DNA of 64,000 nt from Gonapodya sp. JEL0774. Lineage: Eukaryota. Below the pieces are notes generated by a model. The model was not told the DNA's origin. It saw nothing but the letters and a program-made list of their open reading frames with translations, and did no database searches. The position numbers were made by a program, and so were the translations under genes. This document shows positions 1 through 12,725 of the stretch, in pieces (the first letter of the stretch is position 1; every line of letters begins with the position of its first letter). The DNA is taken from contig JADIIX010000026.1 in assembly GCA_027604505.1 (NCBI GenBank), positions 62,001 through 126,000 on the forward strand, given 5' to 3'.

Positions 1-1600
1 AATGAGCGAGCATATTGTGGCGCCTTCGCACGATGGTAGTGACAATTCAGTGACTGAGTTTTGAATTGAGCACGGCAAGTCCTCACCAACAAACCAGCCA
101 GCAAAAAGAGCAGTTTCCACAAGAGCGAGCTGGTGCGGTGCCGGAGAGGGAAGGAATGTGTTGTGCGAATCCAAGGAGGTGTTTGAGGGCTCAAAGGAGA
201 AAAGAGGTAGATCTGGGGGAGAGTGGATGACAGGCGTTGGAAGTGCAAATGAGTTCACGTGGCCATTCACCGAACGAACTGTGTACCAAACAACCTGACG
301 CCGCTCCATCCCACCATCACCTCAGCATACGTGATCATGTCTTCTCCCTTGGACTTCTTCGTGCCTTTACAGAAACGCAGATGTTCCAAGAAATGATTCA
401 CAAGCATTTCGCTGCGATACATGAGCGACCACGACCTCTTCGCTACCGCTTCTTCCAAGCCGCCGATTCCTCCCGAAGCTTCATTGTTTGTAAGGAACTC
501 ACAAACAGCGCATGGCACTGTTGTCCAGTGGAGTGATAGAATCAGGACATCTATGATTTGGCGTCTGGTTAGCGAGCGCAAGACTTGGAGCATCCCAGGG
601 TTCTGCTCGCTCAAGGGCATAGAGAAGCAGACAATATCACTGCTGCTGGCCGACTCCAAAGGCAGCTGCTCAAACAGGTTCCCAAACACAAGTGAATATG
701 TTTGCGATGAATATACATAAGTGAATCGCACCTCCCTCAGCAGGGACATGCATGTTGACATCAAATTTTCCATTCATCACTCCCTTTGCAGAGAGCTTTG
801 AGTTCATTTCTGAATTCAAGGTGTATATGAGTTGATAGAGTTGATGGAATTTGTTCACAGCTATTAAATACTGCTTGAATCCCGCTTTTTCCATTTCTAT
901 TGATTGCTCACAAAGAGCTGGATTCTCTCTCCAAAAACCTTCGTGAGGGTTGATGTTTCTGTCGTGGGAGTGAAGAAGGAAAGCGGGGCTGCAATGTAGG
1001 CCGAACATATCCCGAACATGACATTAATTATCGATGCACAAGAACGAGGATCGTTGGCTGAACAAGGATTAACCTCATTCACCGACCGCGACACCACGGA
1101 TTTGATGGACGTGAGTCTGGTGAGATTCCACCTTTGGCGATTGTGCGAATGACGCGGCGTTAGTGATCGGGTTTGACATGCAGGTACCCCAATCCGATGC
1201 ACCCGTCATTTTGCCCAGCGACAGTGATGCCACATCTGAAAAGAAGCCGTTGGACAAGCCAACGCCCATCAACGTGGTAGGCGGGGAACACAAGGCTGTA
1301 TGTAATGAGCGTTCGCTAAGAATTGATGCGATTCGTTGCGCAACGGCTGGACTGATTCGCTTGTACATCTCAAAGGCTAGTTCCATCGTGAATGCAAATC
1401 TTCCTATGGTGAAAAGATTCGTCGCCGCAAGTGAGGTGAGTTGAGCCACAATGCACCATGGGCATGCCACACATCGGGAGATCCCGCCCGTACAAGAAGT
1501 TGCTGGCGCTCGAGGGAATAGAATCTGGGCGGAGATGAAATATAGGAAAGGCAACACAGGTCTGGTCCTGGGTATTGGGAAGAAATAGGCGCGGTCTACT
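1..1600 (-). CDS. Hypothetical multi-exon gene, product unknown; runs off the left edge of the window and its 5' start is uncertain
   Basis: Overlapping protein-like minus-strand ORF segments (1075-1557, 897-1202, 670-1008, 267-773) are separated by GT..AG stretches, one with a CTAAC branch-like site near 1160. No family motif recognised. Confidence 0.35.
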
Positions 1601-1620
1601 GCTGATTGTCAGAGTGGGGC

Positions 1621-2391
1621 ATGTCCGTTTTCATTCCCGGTTTTGACTTCATCTCACATCTGTCAACGCATGTTTTCCAAAAAAAAAAAAATCACCACGA
1701 AATCGTAATCCGAAAGGACCACTACGGTGAGCTCAGAGTAATGAATCAATCCTCATGACATCATCTTGAATCTGTAGATCCGCACGATCCTTCAACAGAC
1801 TTCGTACGAGTCCGCGATTTTTCATATTCTCCTACTGATCCGCTACACTACGGCCTGGCTCGGACGACCTTTCCAGACTATGTATCGCGACATGCCAATT
1901 TGACAAGCAGCGTGACTCGAATCCTCCGCGAAAGCTTTAAGGCTGAGGGGTGGACTTTCCATAGAGGAAGAGTCACCAGTAGCTTCCCAGCATTGGGTGA
2001 GACCGAAATGTCTGTTGCGAAAGATCAGATTGTTTGGGTGATGGGGGACATCACTGATGCCCGTGGACAGGAAGAGGAAGGTGCAACAGGAGCTAATAAT
2101 GGTGAGTCGTATGTATGTGCACATGGCCCGATAAGTCTCTGCATACCGTGCGATTTGTCAGACTTAGTAACATTGGATGCTCCTTCGCCCACGCTCTTGC
2201 CTTTGGATCTGAGCTTTCAACTTCTTAACACGCGAGCAAAACTAGTTGAACTTGGCAACGGATGGTCGGTTGGGCTTCGAATTTCGGTGGAGGTTGGTTA
2301 TGAGGACGAAGATGTCGCTCACCCCGACAGAATTGTTGTAATAAAGAGTGGACTCATACCTTCAAATGGATTAGTACTGGAAACGCATTAA
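1621..2391 (+). CDS. Nbp2/Skb5-like SH3-domain adaptor protein
   Basis: ATG 1621, intron 1727-1777, probable in-frame intron 2102-2161. Contains VRDFSYSPTDPLHYG (resembles the fungal Nbp2 N-terminal motif) and a split SH3-like pattern RVTSSFPALGETEMSVAKDQIVWV...GNGWSVG...GLIPSN. Confidence 0.55.
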
Positions 2392-2614
2392 AGCAGACCG
2401 TGTGAGCATTTTTCTTTTGTTTATATTTTGCATGATTGCATGTAATCACAACAGTAATGGCGTACGAGTGATTGATTTCCATTTCTCGATTTCCTCGATG
2501 GACTCACCTTTTGGTGTGGGCGCCGAGGCACAGCAAGCCTGGTCGATGGAGAGGTGTGGCAGCCTTCCCTTCCCACTTCGCAACAGAAAAAATCCCCATT
2601 GATCCCCATCCAGC

Positions 2615-4276
2615 ATGAAGTATCGTAGCACACGTGGTGGCGCTTCAGGTGTCTCGTTCGAGCACGCTCTTTTTGACGGTCTCGCCCGTGATGGAGGGCT
2701 CTACATCCCGCACTTTATCCCGAGCTTTTCGCTGGAGCAAATCGCACAACTCCAGGGCCTTTCTTATCCAAAGATGGCGCTGGCTATTTTCCGTCCCTAC
2801 ATCGACTCAGCAGAAATTCCGGACAGAGACCTGCTCGACATCCTCGAACGCTCGTTCGCTTCGTTCGACTCGCCGTCAGTTTCCCCCCTCATTCAATTGC
2901 CAGGCAGCTCAGATGGACTTTCAATCTTGGAACTCTGGCACGGGCCAACGTTCGCATTTAAGGACGTGGCCCTACAGGTCGTCGGGAACCTCTTTGAGTA
3001 CTTCCTCACCCGACGAAACTCCCCGATCTCCAACGGTACAGCTAATGGCACCACTAACGGACATACCACCAAAAACGAAGAGCACGCCATTACCGTTCTG
3101 GGTGCCACTTCCGGAGACACCGGCTCCGCTGCCATTTACGGCCTTCGAGGGAAGAAGTCCATCAAAGTCTTCATCCTCCACCCCAAGGGTCGGGTGAGCC
3201 CAGTCCAAGAAGCGCAAATGACCACGGTGCTGGATGATAACGTGTTCAACGTTGCGGTTGAGGGCACATTTGACGACTGCCAAGAGGTCGTGAAGTCTTG
3301 CTTCAACGATTTCAATTTCCGGGCCGAACACCACCTTGCCGCGGTCAACTCGATCAATTGGGCCCGCATCCTTTCTCAGATTACGTACTACTTTTCTGCC
3401 TATTTTCAACACCTCGCACAACGTGGCCTCACGCTCGACCCTTCCGCATCCTCCACCGACGCTCCCCAGGTCTCATTCTCGGTTCCTACCGGTAATTTCG
3501 GAGACATTCTAGCCGGTTACTATGCAACTCGAATGGGTTTGCCCACCGGCCGTCTCCTCGTGGCCACTAACCGCAATGACATTCTTCACCGATTCCTCCA
3601 GTCCGGCGACTATGCAAAGCGTCGCGATCCCACATCTGGTGAGATTCTCGATGCCCACGCCACGAGCTCCCCTGCCATGGATATTCTCGTGAGCAGTAAT
3701 TTCGAGCGATTGTGCTGGTACCTGGAGCGCGGAGATTCCCGGTTGACAGACCCCGGCACTTCGGATAGCATAGCCGAAGACCGTGCCAGCGCTGCCGTCA
3801 AGTCCCACATGATCTCGCTCTCTTCCACTGGCTCCTTTTCTGTCGCGCCCGGAACTCTTGCGCTATGTCGTGAATTGTTCGATTCGGATATGGTTGACGA
3901 CGAAGCAACAGCGGATTGTATTCACAGGTATTACGCCAAGTCCGGATACGTTCTTGATCCGCATACAGCGGTCGGCGTGGTTTCCGCCGAGCGAGCTGCG
4001 GCTCGGGATAGTGCCGTGTGGGATTTGCGCACGGTGGTGTGCTTGGCAACTGCGCACCCCGGCAAGTTCCCAGAGTCGGTGCTGGAGGCGTTGCAAAGAG
4101 GTGGGAAAATGGTGGATTATGCTGAGATTGCGACCAAGGAGATGCTGGCGCTGGAGGGTATGCCCCGGCGGTGTGTGGAGGTCAAAACTGGTGGTGGGAA
4201 CAAAGCACTTGCCTTGGAAGGCGTGAAAAAGGTAGTTCGAGACGCTGCGGAGGGGAAGGACGTTTTCAACGCTTGA
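2615..4276 (+). CDS. THR4: Threonine synthase (PLP-dependent), single exon
   Basis: 553-aa ORF with MKYRSTRG, GLARDGGLY, ELWHGPTFAFKD (PLP lysine), GATSGDTGSAA, AVNSINWARI, VPTGNFGDI, DPHTAVG and ATAHPGKF. Confidence 0.97.
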   Translation: MKYRSTRGGASGVSFEHALFDGLARDGGLYIPHFIPSFSLEQIAQLQGLSYPKMALAIFRPYIDSAEIPDRDLLDILERSFASFDSPSVSPLIQLPGSSDGLSILELWHGPTFAFKDVALQVVGNLFEYFLTRRNSPISNGTANGTTNGHTTKNEEHAITVLGATSGDTGSAAIYGLRGKKSIKVFILHPKGRVSPVQEAQMTTVLDDNVFNVAVEGTFDDCQEVVKSCFNDFNFRAEHHLAAVNSINWARILSQITYYFSAYFQHLAQRGLTLDPSASSTDAPQVSFSVPTGNFGDILAGYYATRMGLPTGRLLVATNRNDILHRFLQSGDYAKRRDPTSGEILDAHATSSPAMDILVSSNFERLCWYLERGDSRLTDPGTSDSIAEDRASAAVKSHMISLSSTGSFSVAPGTLALCRELFDSDMVDDEATADCIHRYYAKSGYVLDPHTAVGVVSAERAAARDSAVWDLRTVVCLATAHPGKFPESVLEALQRGGKMVDYAEIATKEMLALEGMPRRCVEVKTGGGNKALALEGVKKVVRDAAEGKDVFNA

Positions 4277-4572
4277 AACTCTCTGATTTTTCGAACTGAG
4301 ACTGGAATAGAGCGATTGCTTTGACTTTCTCGGCGGAGAGCTTCCGTTGTGACCATTGTGATACATAGACGGAGACCCATTTGGGCTTCTAGATTTGCAA
4401 ATGAACCTGAAAAATGAATTTTCACCATTCGATTTGCATTATCGCATCCGTGCTTCGTTAACTATGTACTCTATGACGCTGGAAGTGCTCTAATTGTTCC
4501 ACTCTTCGTCATGCTCACAGTTAAAATTACAAGTGACACCCTCCGCTCTCCTTAGTACGGAGCACTCGCGAC

Positions 4573-6260
4573 CTAGCTGTACTCGGTGAACTCGGCATGA
4601 CCCGTTTCGAGTGCGTGCGCCTGAGCTTCTTTCTGCCCAACCAATCCTGTGTATACCAACGGTTGGGTGAACGTGAAACAAGGCATTTCACTCATCGAGC
4701 GAACTCGATTATCATCCAAACGTCTCAATGCATGACCCACCCTTCTTGCACACCCCACACCTCAACGTAAACGTTGCCAGGTCCGTGTACTTCTTCTTCT
4801 TCTTCCACAGCTCGGCCATACGTTTAGCGGCGTCCAAAACCTGAATCTCGTCGGAACCAAAACGGGTTTGGTCAAAGTCGGCAGGTGCGGAGTGGAAAGG
4901 ACTGATAGCTATGGCGTCGTAGTGGATGCCCCTGGGACAGGGAAACAATGCGCGGATAGTGCAGCAGGTTGTGAGGTTGGCATGGAGGGAGGCCCCAAGA
5001 TGGCGGCTTCTGGTCATCATATAGTGGCATTTGAACACCTTTATTTCACAGCTCGAGTCTCCGAGATCCCTTGAGATGAGTCCTCCTTCTGCTCTTTCAT
5101 ATTTTGCCGACACGCTGTTGAGCGTCCTGACACTCACGAGTATATCACCACGACCCTCTGACTCCATCTGCCCTCTCCAAACCTATCCGCTCTCCCTGTA
5201 GCTACGTCCACCGAGGCAATCTCGACGCGAAAGTGCTCGCTGAGTATCGAGAGTTCCACCGCGCCGCCCCATGAGTTGGGCTCCTGAATCCAGCGGCAGT
5301 AGTCTGACGGGTCACGGCCCAGAACAGCGGACGAGTACGTGTCGGGTTGGCGGAGGATGGCGTCAGCAACGACTTGGAAATGTGTCGAGGAGAGGAGTAG
5401 ATTTCGGTTTGAGGCAATGCACTGGCGGCGACCTTTTGCATGAACCAAACACCTTTTCTTAACTTCGCGTGTCCGCTAGCATCATTCTGCGTGACGTATG
5501 CCACGCTTCGGAACAAGCACGAGTTGTCATCCGCTTGCTCCCTCACGACGAGAATGCCCTCGCCCACTGGAATGCCGTTCTCGTCCCCGGGGAGAGACAC
5601 TGGTGACGGTGCTGGTAAGGAGGAGGAAGCGGATGGTCGCGAGGGAGGCAGGTTGGATTGGGAACTGTGGGATGCGGGGTTGAATGTTTCAGCGGGGGGA
5701 GAAGTGGGCGCCGGTGTGGGAGATGGAGCGCGCTCAGATGCTTCAACGAGAAGCTGTTCTCCATCGCGAATGCCGCATCTTTAAAACGGAGGCGAAATGG
5801 CCAAGATTTGCGTGACATGCCTCCATGGTGAGACAGCGGACGACAGCTCCAAATCGGTACAAGTAACGTACGTCGCAAGCGAGTCCGAGTCGAGATATTT
5901 GAGAGGTTTCGGAGGGAAGCCCGCCTTGACTGTGTCGTCGATTTGCGTCAAGCGGGCGGCACGTTCACGTTGATCACTCAATCGAAGTCGGCGTTCTCAA
6001 TCATCGGCCAGCATTGAGCATTCACTCACGGACCAATCTATCCACAGAAATGCTCGATGCTTTTGCAATTTCCTCCTTGAGCTCTGCAAGCGAGGACGTT
6101 TGAGATAATGATGCCCCTACGGTTTGCAGCCCTCTCTCGGTTCTTATTCTGAGACGCTGATGGAATACGAAATCGCCAAGGGGGGAAAGTCATGTAATTG
6201 AGCAAGTGCGCAACTGCTGCTCAGAGTGAGTGGGCATCGCTTGAGTCTGAAACACACCAT
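4573..6260 (-). CDS. OTU1: OTU1/YOD1 deubiquitinase (UBX-like + OTU + C2H2 zinc finger)
   Basis: Spliced M|RLRIRTERG..., GFPPKPL, DDNSCLFRSV (catalytic Cys), WGGAVELSILS, SGIHYDAI (His), YTDLATFTLRCGVCKKG|LVGQKEAQAHALETGHAEFTEYS-stop. Confidence 0.93.
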
Positions 6261-6666
6261 GTGGATGGATGGGTTGAGATGGAGTGGTGCTGGGCCAGTT
6301 CCTGAACGGTGGGCCACAGGCAAACTCCGGAATTGGAGCAGAAAGCGTAAAGTGAATACATTGTTTATTTGTAATCTCATCGTCTGAAGCTGAAGGAAAT
6401 CTCCTTCCGAATCTCAAGAAGCGAACTGAGCTGGTATCAGATTCAGCAACAAGCAGGAAAACCAGTTCAATTCTCAAGACTTGCATCTGGTAGCTAGATG
6501 AAGCATCGAATTGCAACCAACCTAGGAAATTCAATCATTGTGTAGCGAGACCAAGCTTCAAACAGTTATAATAATGGTACGGTGCACGAACTCGGCTGCA
6601 CGGGTCATAGATCCCGACGACTAGATCCCAGCTCACACCTAATACCTGCACTAAAGCAGCTGCAAC

Positions 6667-8756
6667 ATGGCCGACCCTTCGCTCCCGAACATGAAGTATG
6701 TACGGCTAGGAAATACTGGCCTCCAGGTGTCCCGAATCTGTCTAGTGAGTTGCTGTTCTCGTCCCGATCATGGCGCACTCAATCATTCACCACTCCAGGG
6801 CTGCATGAGTTTTGGAAGTCCAGCTTGGGCCAACTACGTCGTTGGAGAAGAAGAATCGCTCCCGTTGATTAAGTACGCGTGGGATGCTGGCATTAGTGAG
6901 TGGATTGAAGGTGTATCATTCCTCCATATCAAGACCTAACCGATGAGCCTACAGATTTCTTCGATACCGCCAATGCATACTCTCAGGGCTATTCTGAGGT
7001 CATTGTGGGGTGAGGAGTTTTAATCGGTGCTAATAGCTGCCGAGATGACTACAAACATAATTGTACCAACTCCAAAAGACACGCCTTGACCAAGTACCAA
7101 ATCCCCCGCGACCGTGTCGGTGAGTTACTGTCGAGATGATCTCACTAATATTTTTTTCACGGATATCCTCTCTTCCCCTCCCAGTGATTGCCACCAAGGT
7201 CTACTTCCCGGTGTACCCCATGCAACCTGAATTTGCTCCTCGCAAGTTTTACAGCCTCTCACTCTCATCAAATCCTCTTCTTAACTTTCGCTTTGTAACC
7301 AGAATTCAAGCCCCCTCCACGCGTCCACAAGCCCCTTGCGCACAATCGCGGAGGACTCTCACGTAAAGCCATCATGCAAGAGGTGGACGCATCGCTAAAA
7401 CGGCTGGGAACAGACTACATTGATCTGTATCAAACGCACCGCTGGGATTATGATACGCCTATTGAAGAGGTGTGTTTATCCTCTAGGTTTTGGAACCGCT
7501 ACACTGTTCTGCGTCCTTACCTTTACCCCGAGACCCTACTTGCCCTTCACGATCTTGTTCGCTCAGGAAAAGTTCGTTACTTGGGGACTTCTTCTATGTG
7601 GGGTGCGTAATAGCCTCGATCTCGTCGCTCACATGTCTTCGCCTCCAAACCTCACCGCGTAATCAACTGGCATGGACAGCATGGCAGCTTTCCAAAGCGA
7701 ATTACACCGCAAAGCTACATGGCCTCACGCCGTTTGTGTCGATGCGTATGTCAAGATCCGTTGCTGACTGCTGTGGTTTGAATTTGATCTGCGTTGTCAT
7801 CCACTTTCCTCGCAGAGAATTTCCACAACGCATTGTATCGGGAGGAGGAGCGTGAGGCTAGTGGAAATTTTTTGATTTATTTGATTTGGACTTCAAAGCT
7901 CACTCAGGCTTGTCCGGGACGACTCAGATGATGCCCCTCGTCAAGGACCAAGGGATGGCCGTGAGTGGATACACTTTTCTGGTATTCTCCGAATCGCGCA
8001 ATGTAGACTGAAATTGTCCACATAGTGCATTCCATGGTCCCCGCGTAAGATTTTGTCCGGCGTATGTGAATACATCTGAAAACTTGAATATCGCGGTTGC
8101 CCTCCTCAGTCGCTCAGGGTCTCCTCGCCGGACGAAATCGCGGAACTCCCCGCGAACAAGGTACGAGCCGAAAATGCTTTTTGTTCGTCTCACAACGCGA
8201 CTGACACTTGGCTAGGTTTGGGAGGAGTTCCCGCTCCGGGCAACCGGTTCGCAAAGGATGATCGCGGGGCGGCCCTTGCCGACGTTGACGAGATCATCAA
8301 CCGTGTAGATGAGCTTTCGAAGAAACATAAGCAAACGATGAGCTCGGTTGCGTTGGCGTGGTCGGTGGGTACTGTGCAGCGTTCAAAAATTTCGGACGGC
8401 CGAGTTTGATTGTTTGCGGACAGCTTTCTAAGGATTTCGTTACTGCTCCGATCGTGGGTGTTTCCAAAAAGAAGTACATCGATGTGAGTGAATCAATCTT
8501 GTGTCAGGTTCTGTAAACCTGACAGGCGGGGTTGGCAACAGGACGCCGTCCGTGCTGTGGGCCTCAAACTGAGCCCAGAGGAAGTCAAGTATATCGACGC
8601 TCCTTGTGAGTTATGCTCTGATTACCATCATGCGGGTTGATGGTCTACCAATTCTCATGCATCGCCGCATCACGTTCCGTTCTTCATTGGTCTATTTGCA
8701 TCATCGGTAAATTAATGGAAATAGACCAGCCTAAGACTATAAAAGGCCACTTGTAA
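6667..8756 (+). CDS. Aldo-keto reductase (aryl-alcohol dehydrogenase/YajO-like), about 16 exons
   Basis: [109 protein letters not shown]. Confidence 0.93.
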
Positions 8757-8875
8757 GAATATTACGTCTGAAATTGTCCACCTTCATATTTCATCGAATA
8801 CTGAACTTTTCATCATGGGTCAAAATAATGAGGACTGGCCACTGTCACGAGCAATTCATTCGACTTTGCAGTTAG

Positions 8876-11800
8876 ATGCCAGAAGATGTGCGGCGCCTTC
8901 CAGAATCTGCCATCAGAAAACTACGCTCAACAGTCATCATTTCGTCTTTATCCCAGTGCGTCGCGGAGCTTTTACAAAACAGTCTGTGTCCAGTGTCTTC
9001 GCATTCTCTCTACTGTGACTGAATGGAGCCAGAACCCTCCAAGGTATCGACGCAGGCGCCTCGGTAGTTGACATAATATTTGACGCGGAGGATTTGTTCG
9101 CTCAAGTATCGGACGACGGGGTGGGAATTCGCCCGGACGACTTAAAGTTGGTTGGACAGCGATACCGTGAGCTACAGAACATTGGCAACTTTCTGCGGTA
9201 GTAGCACCACTGGAAACTTCATGATACAATTAGTGACATCCAAATGCTCTGGTTTGGACGATTTGAGTACTCTTCAAACGTTTGGTTTCCGGGGTGAAGG
9301 TCAGTCACATCCACCAAAGCGTTATAAATATCCGAGGGTGGTTCAAATCACTTAGACGGTGGTTTGATGACAGCACTCGCAAGCGCGTCGGAAGTTGCCA
9401 CTGTGGAAATTCGGAGCAGACACAAAGATTACGTGCAAACCTGGGCAAAGGTCGTCAAGGTAGCTGTTAATGCCCTTCCCATCGGCACTCAAAGATTGAC
9501 TTCGCTGTTATTTCGCAAAGGATGGCAAAATATTGCGATACGGGCCTTCCCTTGCTCCACGGACGTGCTCGGGAACGACCATTACGATTCGAGATCTTTT
9601 CAGTAAGGTGTGTCGTGGGAATGCGTTGCTTGCACCTCACATCACGCCGAATAGGATTTAATATCCCTCGACTTTATGTACAGCTTCCAGTACGCCTTAA
9701 GAGCTCAAACCCTGGCGAAATACGTGAACAGGTCCAACGGGCTGTGGAAACAATCATTCTCGTTTGGCCACAGATGTCGTTGACCCTCACGGACCGTGCG
9801 CAGCAAAGAAAACTAGTTTTGACGAGGAAAGCGAACTCGATGTTATCAACGTTTAGGCAGATTTTCGGGTCGGCGATATCCCAGGTGGCTACCCCTGACC
9901 GTTCCCTATTGTCCAGTATTGTTCACTTCATATCGTCCCACCGTTACCAGCACTTGTCACATGTTGATATCAGCAAGGGTCATTTTCGGATCTCTGGGCT
10001 CGTTTCTTCTCGTGGATATCCTTCCAAGGCGCTACAATTTATCTGTGAGTGTTGGCGCCAGTTGACATTTGGCAATCGATTCTGACCTCGGTTGGTGGTC
10101 AAGATGTCAATGCCCACGCGTTGATTACGTGTGAAGTTCACAAGCGGATAAATAAAGTGTTCGCAATGAGTGATCTGTGTAGGACAAATGACACCGCAGA
10201 AGATCCAGTTCTCTCCATGCTGACTGAACAGACTGTGATGAAGATGAGTACGTTTGCCAAGTTATGGCTTGATGTGATTTCGAAATGTTCAACCGGAGGA
10301 CATTCTCCTAGGGTCCTCTCGCGAGAAAAAGACCACATTTGAGAAGTACGGCATTTATGTATTGAACATCTCATGTCCGCCGTCGGCATATGATCTCCTG
10401 CTTGATCCGAGTAAATGTATGGTCGAGTTCGCAGTGAGTCACTCAGCAGCCGTCTCTGCTTCGCTCAAAAGGCAGTGCTCGATTTCGGTGACTTTATTTT
10501 GTTATCTTTCTTTTTTCGAGGACTGGGACGCGATTCTGAGCCTAATCGAGCTGGTTGTCACTGATTTCCTCGAGAAGTGTGGACTGTTAGCGAATTCATC
10601 GAAGTCCACCGGAAATGCTGACATCGAAGCGACTGAATTAATATCGGATGAGACGTCCACTGCATTCAGTGCGAGGTGCGGTTCCTTGATTCGCAAGCGG
10701 AAGGGTGTAGATTCTTCCAATGAGAGTAATCTCAAGTATCCGCGAGCCGATCCCGAGTCTCTTGGAGTGCGAGGTGATATTGACTGGAGGAGAGAGTTTG
10801 CGGCGACAGATGCATCGCACGTTGGATGTGAAAATGCGGGGAGGGGGGAAACGCAGGAAGATCCGGAAGTTGTCTTCAGTTCGAATGGCATAAAATACTT
10901 GGTGAAGAGAGATCAAATAGCAGGTGGCTCTTTGTACTATGTTGACGCGAGGACAGGGAACTCGTGGGTTATATCTTCGCGTTTTGCATTCAGAGTAGGA
11001 CGGGGGGGTTTTCTAACAACAATGACAAAGCAGGTTCTCGACGTTGCCTGGCTGTGATGCCGCGAATCCGAACAGAGTCCACAAGCCTGTTGATGTCGCC
11101 TCCCACCAAGTGGACCGTTCCCATCTCCGTAAAACTTCCTCGTCCCGTGTCGGGGGAATCGAGTCCTCATGGGCTCGCGATGCACTTTCAAAGTGGAGGA
11201 ATCCTGTGTTTGCGGTACCGGAGAGGAGTATTGCCACAGTGTCAGGAGTCACCAATACTGCGAACTCATTCGAGGAACGACTTCGGTTTGGGAATTCCGC
11301 TTCAAATTTAGGTACACGGCATTCAAGCCATTACTTTAATGCTAACGTACCTCACAAGGAAACGGAGACCGCAATCGATAAAGCACAACTTGGCTGCGCT
11401 CGGGTGATTGCGCAGGTCGATGGAAAGTTTATTGTCTGCGTCATTCCGAACATGAAGGACGGGAACTGGCACATAGATCAAGCTGATCGATGCAGACAGG
11501 AGTCAGAGGATATCCTCCTTATTGTCGACCAACATGCAGCAGATGAAAGACGTCGATTGGAGAAACTGTGGCATGAACTGATTTCTGACATTGGCAAAAA
11601 TGGAGCTCCACCTTGCACCGTCAACAACAAGCAGAGATTCCCAAGTACCGTCGCAACGTTGGTGCTATCGCAACCAATCAAAGTTACCTTATCTTTGAGG
11701 GAGCTTGCCGCGGTAGACCGATATAGAGCCTGCTTCGAACGCTGGGGTATAAGCTTTGATATGTCCGACTTTCGCGAGTCAAGTTCCAGGTCCGAGCAGC

Positions 11801-12357
11801 CTGAAACTCCACATTCCCGCGAATCCGAACTCAATTGGACACAAAAAAACTCGGACTTTGTAACTGTCAAGGTCCTCACACTTCCCAAAACGATAGCGGA
11901 TCGTTGCATCACCGAACCTCGCATGGCACAGGAGCTTGTTCGAGGTTATTTGCAGCAGTTGGAAGTTAACAAGCCAGCGCTCACACCTCCAACAGTTGAA
12001 CCTAATCAAAAAGAGCCAGGTGCCCTGTGGTCGTTGATTTCTCAATCGCCTCGAGGACTGAGAGATTTGATGAATTCGAAGGCTTGTCGGGGTGCAATAA
12101 TGTTCGGTGATAAACTTGGAGTGAAAGAATGCGAGAATCTTATCAATGAACTGAAGGATTGTGATTTCCCATTCTCTTGTGCGCATGGTCGTCCGAGTAT
12201 GGTGCCACTCATTACGCTGAGCAAGGTCAGGGAACTCATGAGGACGACTAGAAGTGCCGAAGGAGGCAAGGGAGCCATTGTTGGACGTGTACAATGGGTT
12301 GGTGCAAGAAAGTGGAATCAGAAGGAAATGAATCTGGCGCGAAAAGCGACCGAGTAA
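8876..12357 (+). CDS. MLH3: MutL homolog MLH3 (mismatch repair / meiotic crossover endonuclease)
   Basis: N-terminal GHKL motifs (CVAELLQNSIDAGA, VSDDGVGI, TFGFRGEALAS, GTTITIRDLF); C-terminal DQHAADERRRLE endonuclease motif, KACRGAIMFGD and FPFSCAHGRPS typical of MLH3. Confidence 0.93.
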
Positions 12358-12725
12358 TATCGCGAATAGCGAGCAGGGTGTTGGGCCGCCACGAGTGGGA
12401 GTGTTGAGCAGTTCTGCGGGGGAAGAAACACTTGTATTTGCACCGATGTTGTTTGTGAATTCTTGTTATTATTTTAAGATACCCACCTGAAAAAGCCAAT
12501 GAGAACGAAAGCAAATATCGGGCGGAAGCCCGATATGAGTTCGGTGACGGGGGAGAAGAAAACGGAACAAATAAACAGTCTATCCTTCGCATGACGCTTC
12601 ACTATGCTCATGTGGCTTAGGGTCATTAGATCCTGAATTGCTCAATAGGCACGAACGAAAGAGGATGTGTGTGTCCTCCTGACTTCGTCCGTGCACCCCC
12701 CGCCTCATTCAAAATCAGAGCTCAT

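Noticed and set aside
1679..1691. A13 run as a frameshift or assembly error
   Set aside because: The frame from ATG 1621 reads through it (QKKKN) and splices in phase to the conserved motif.
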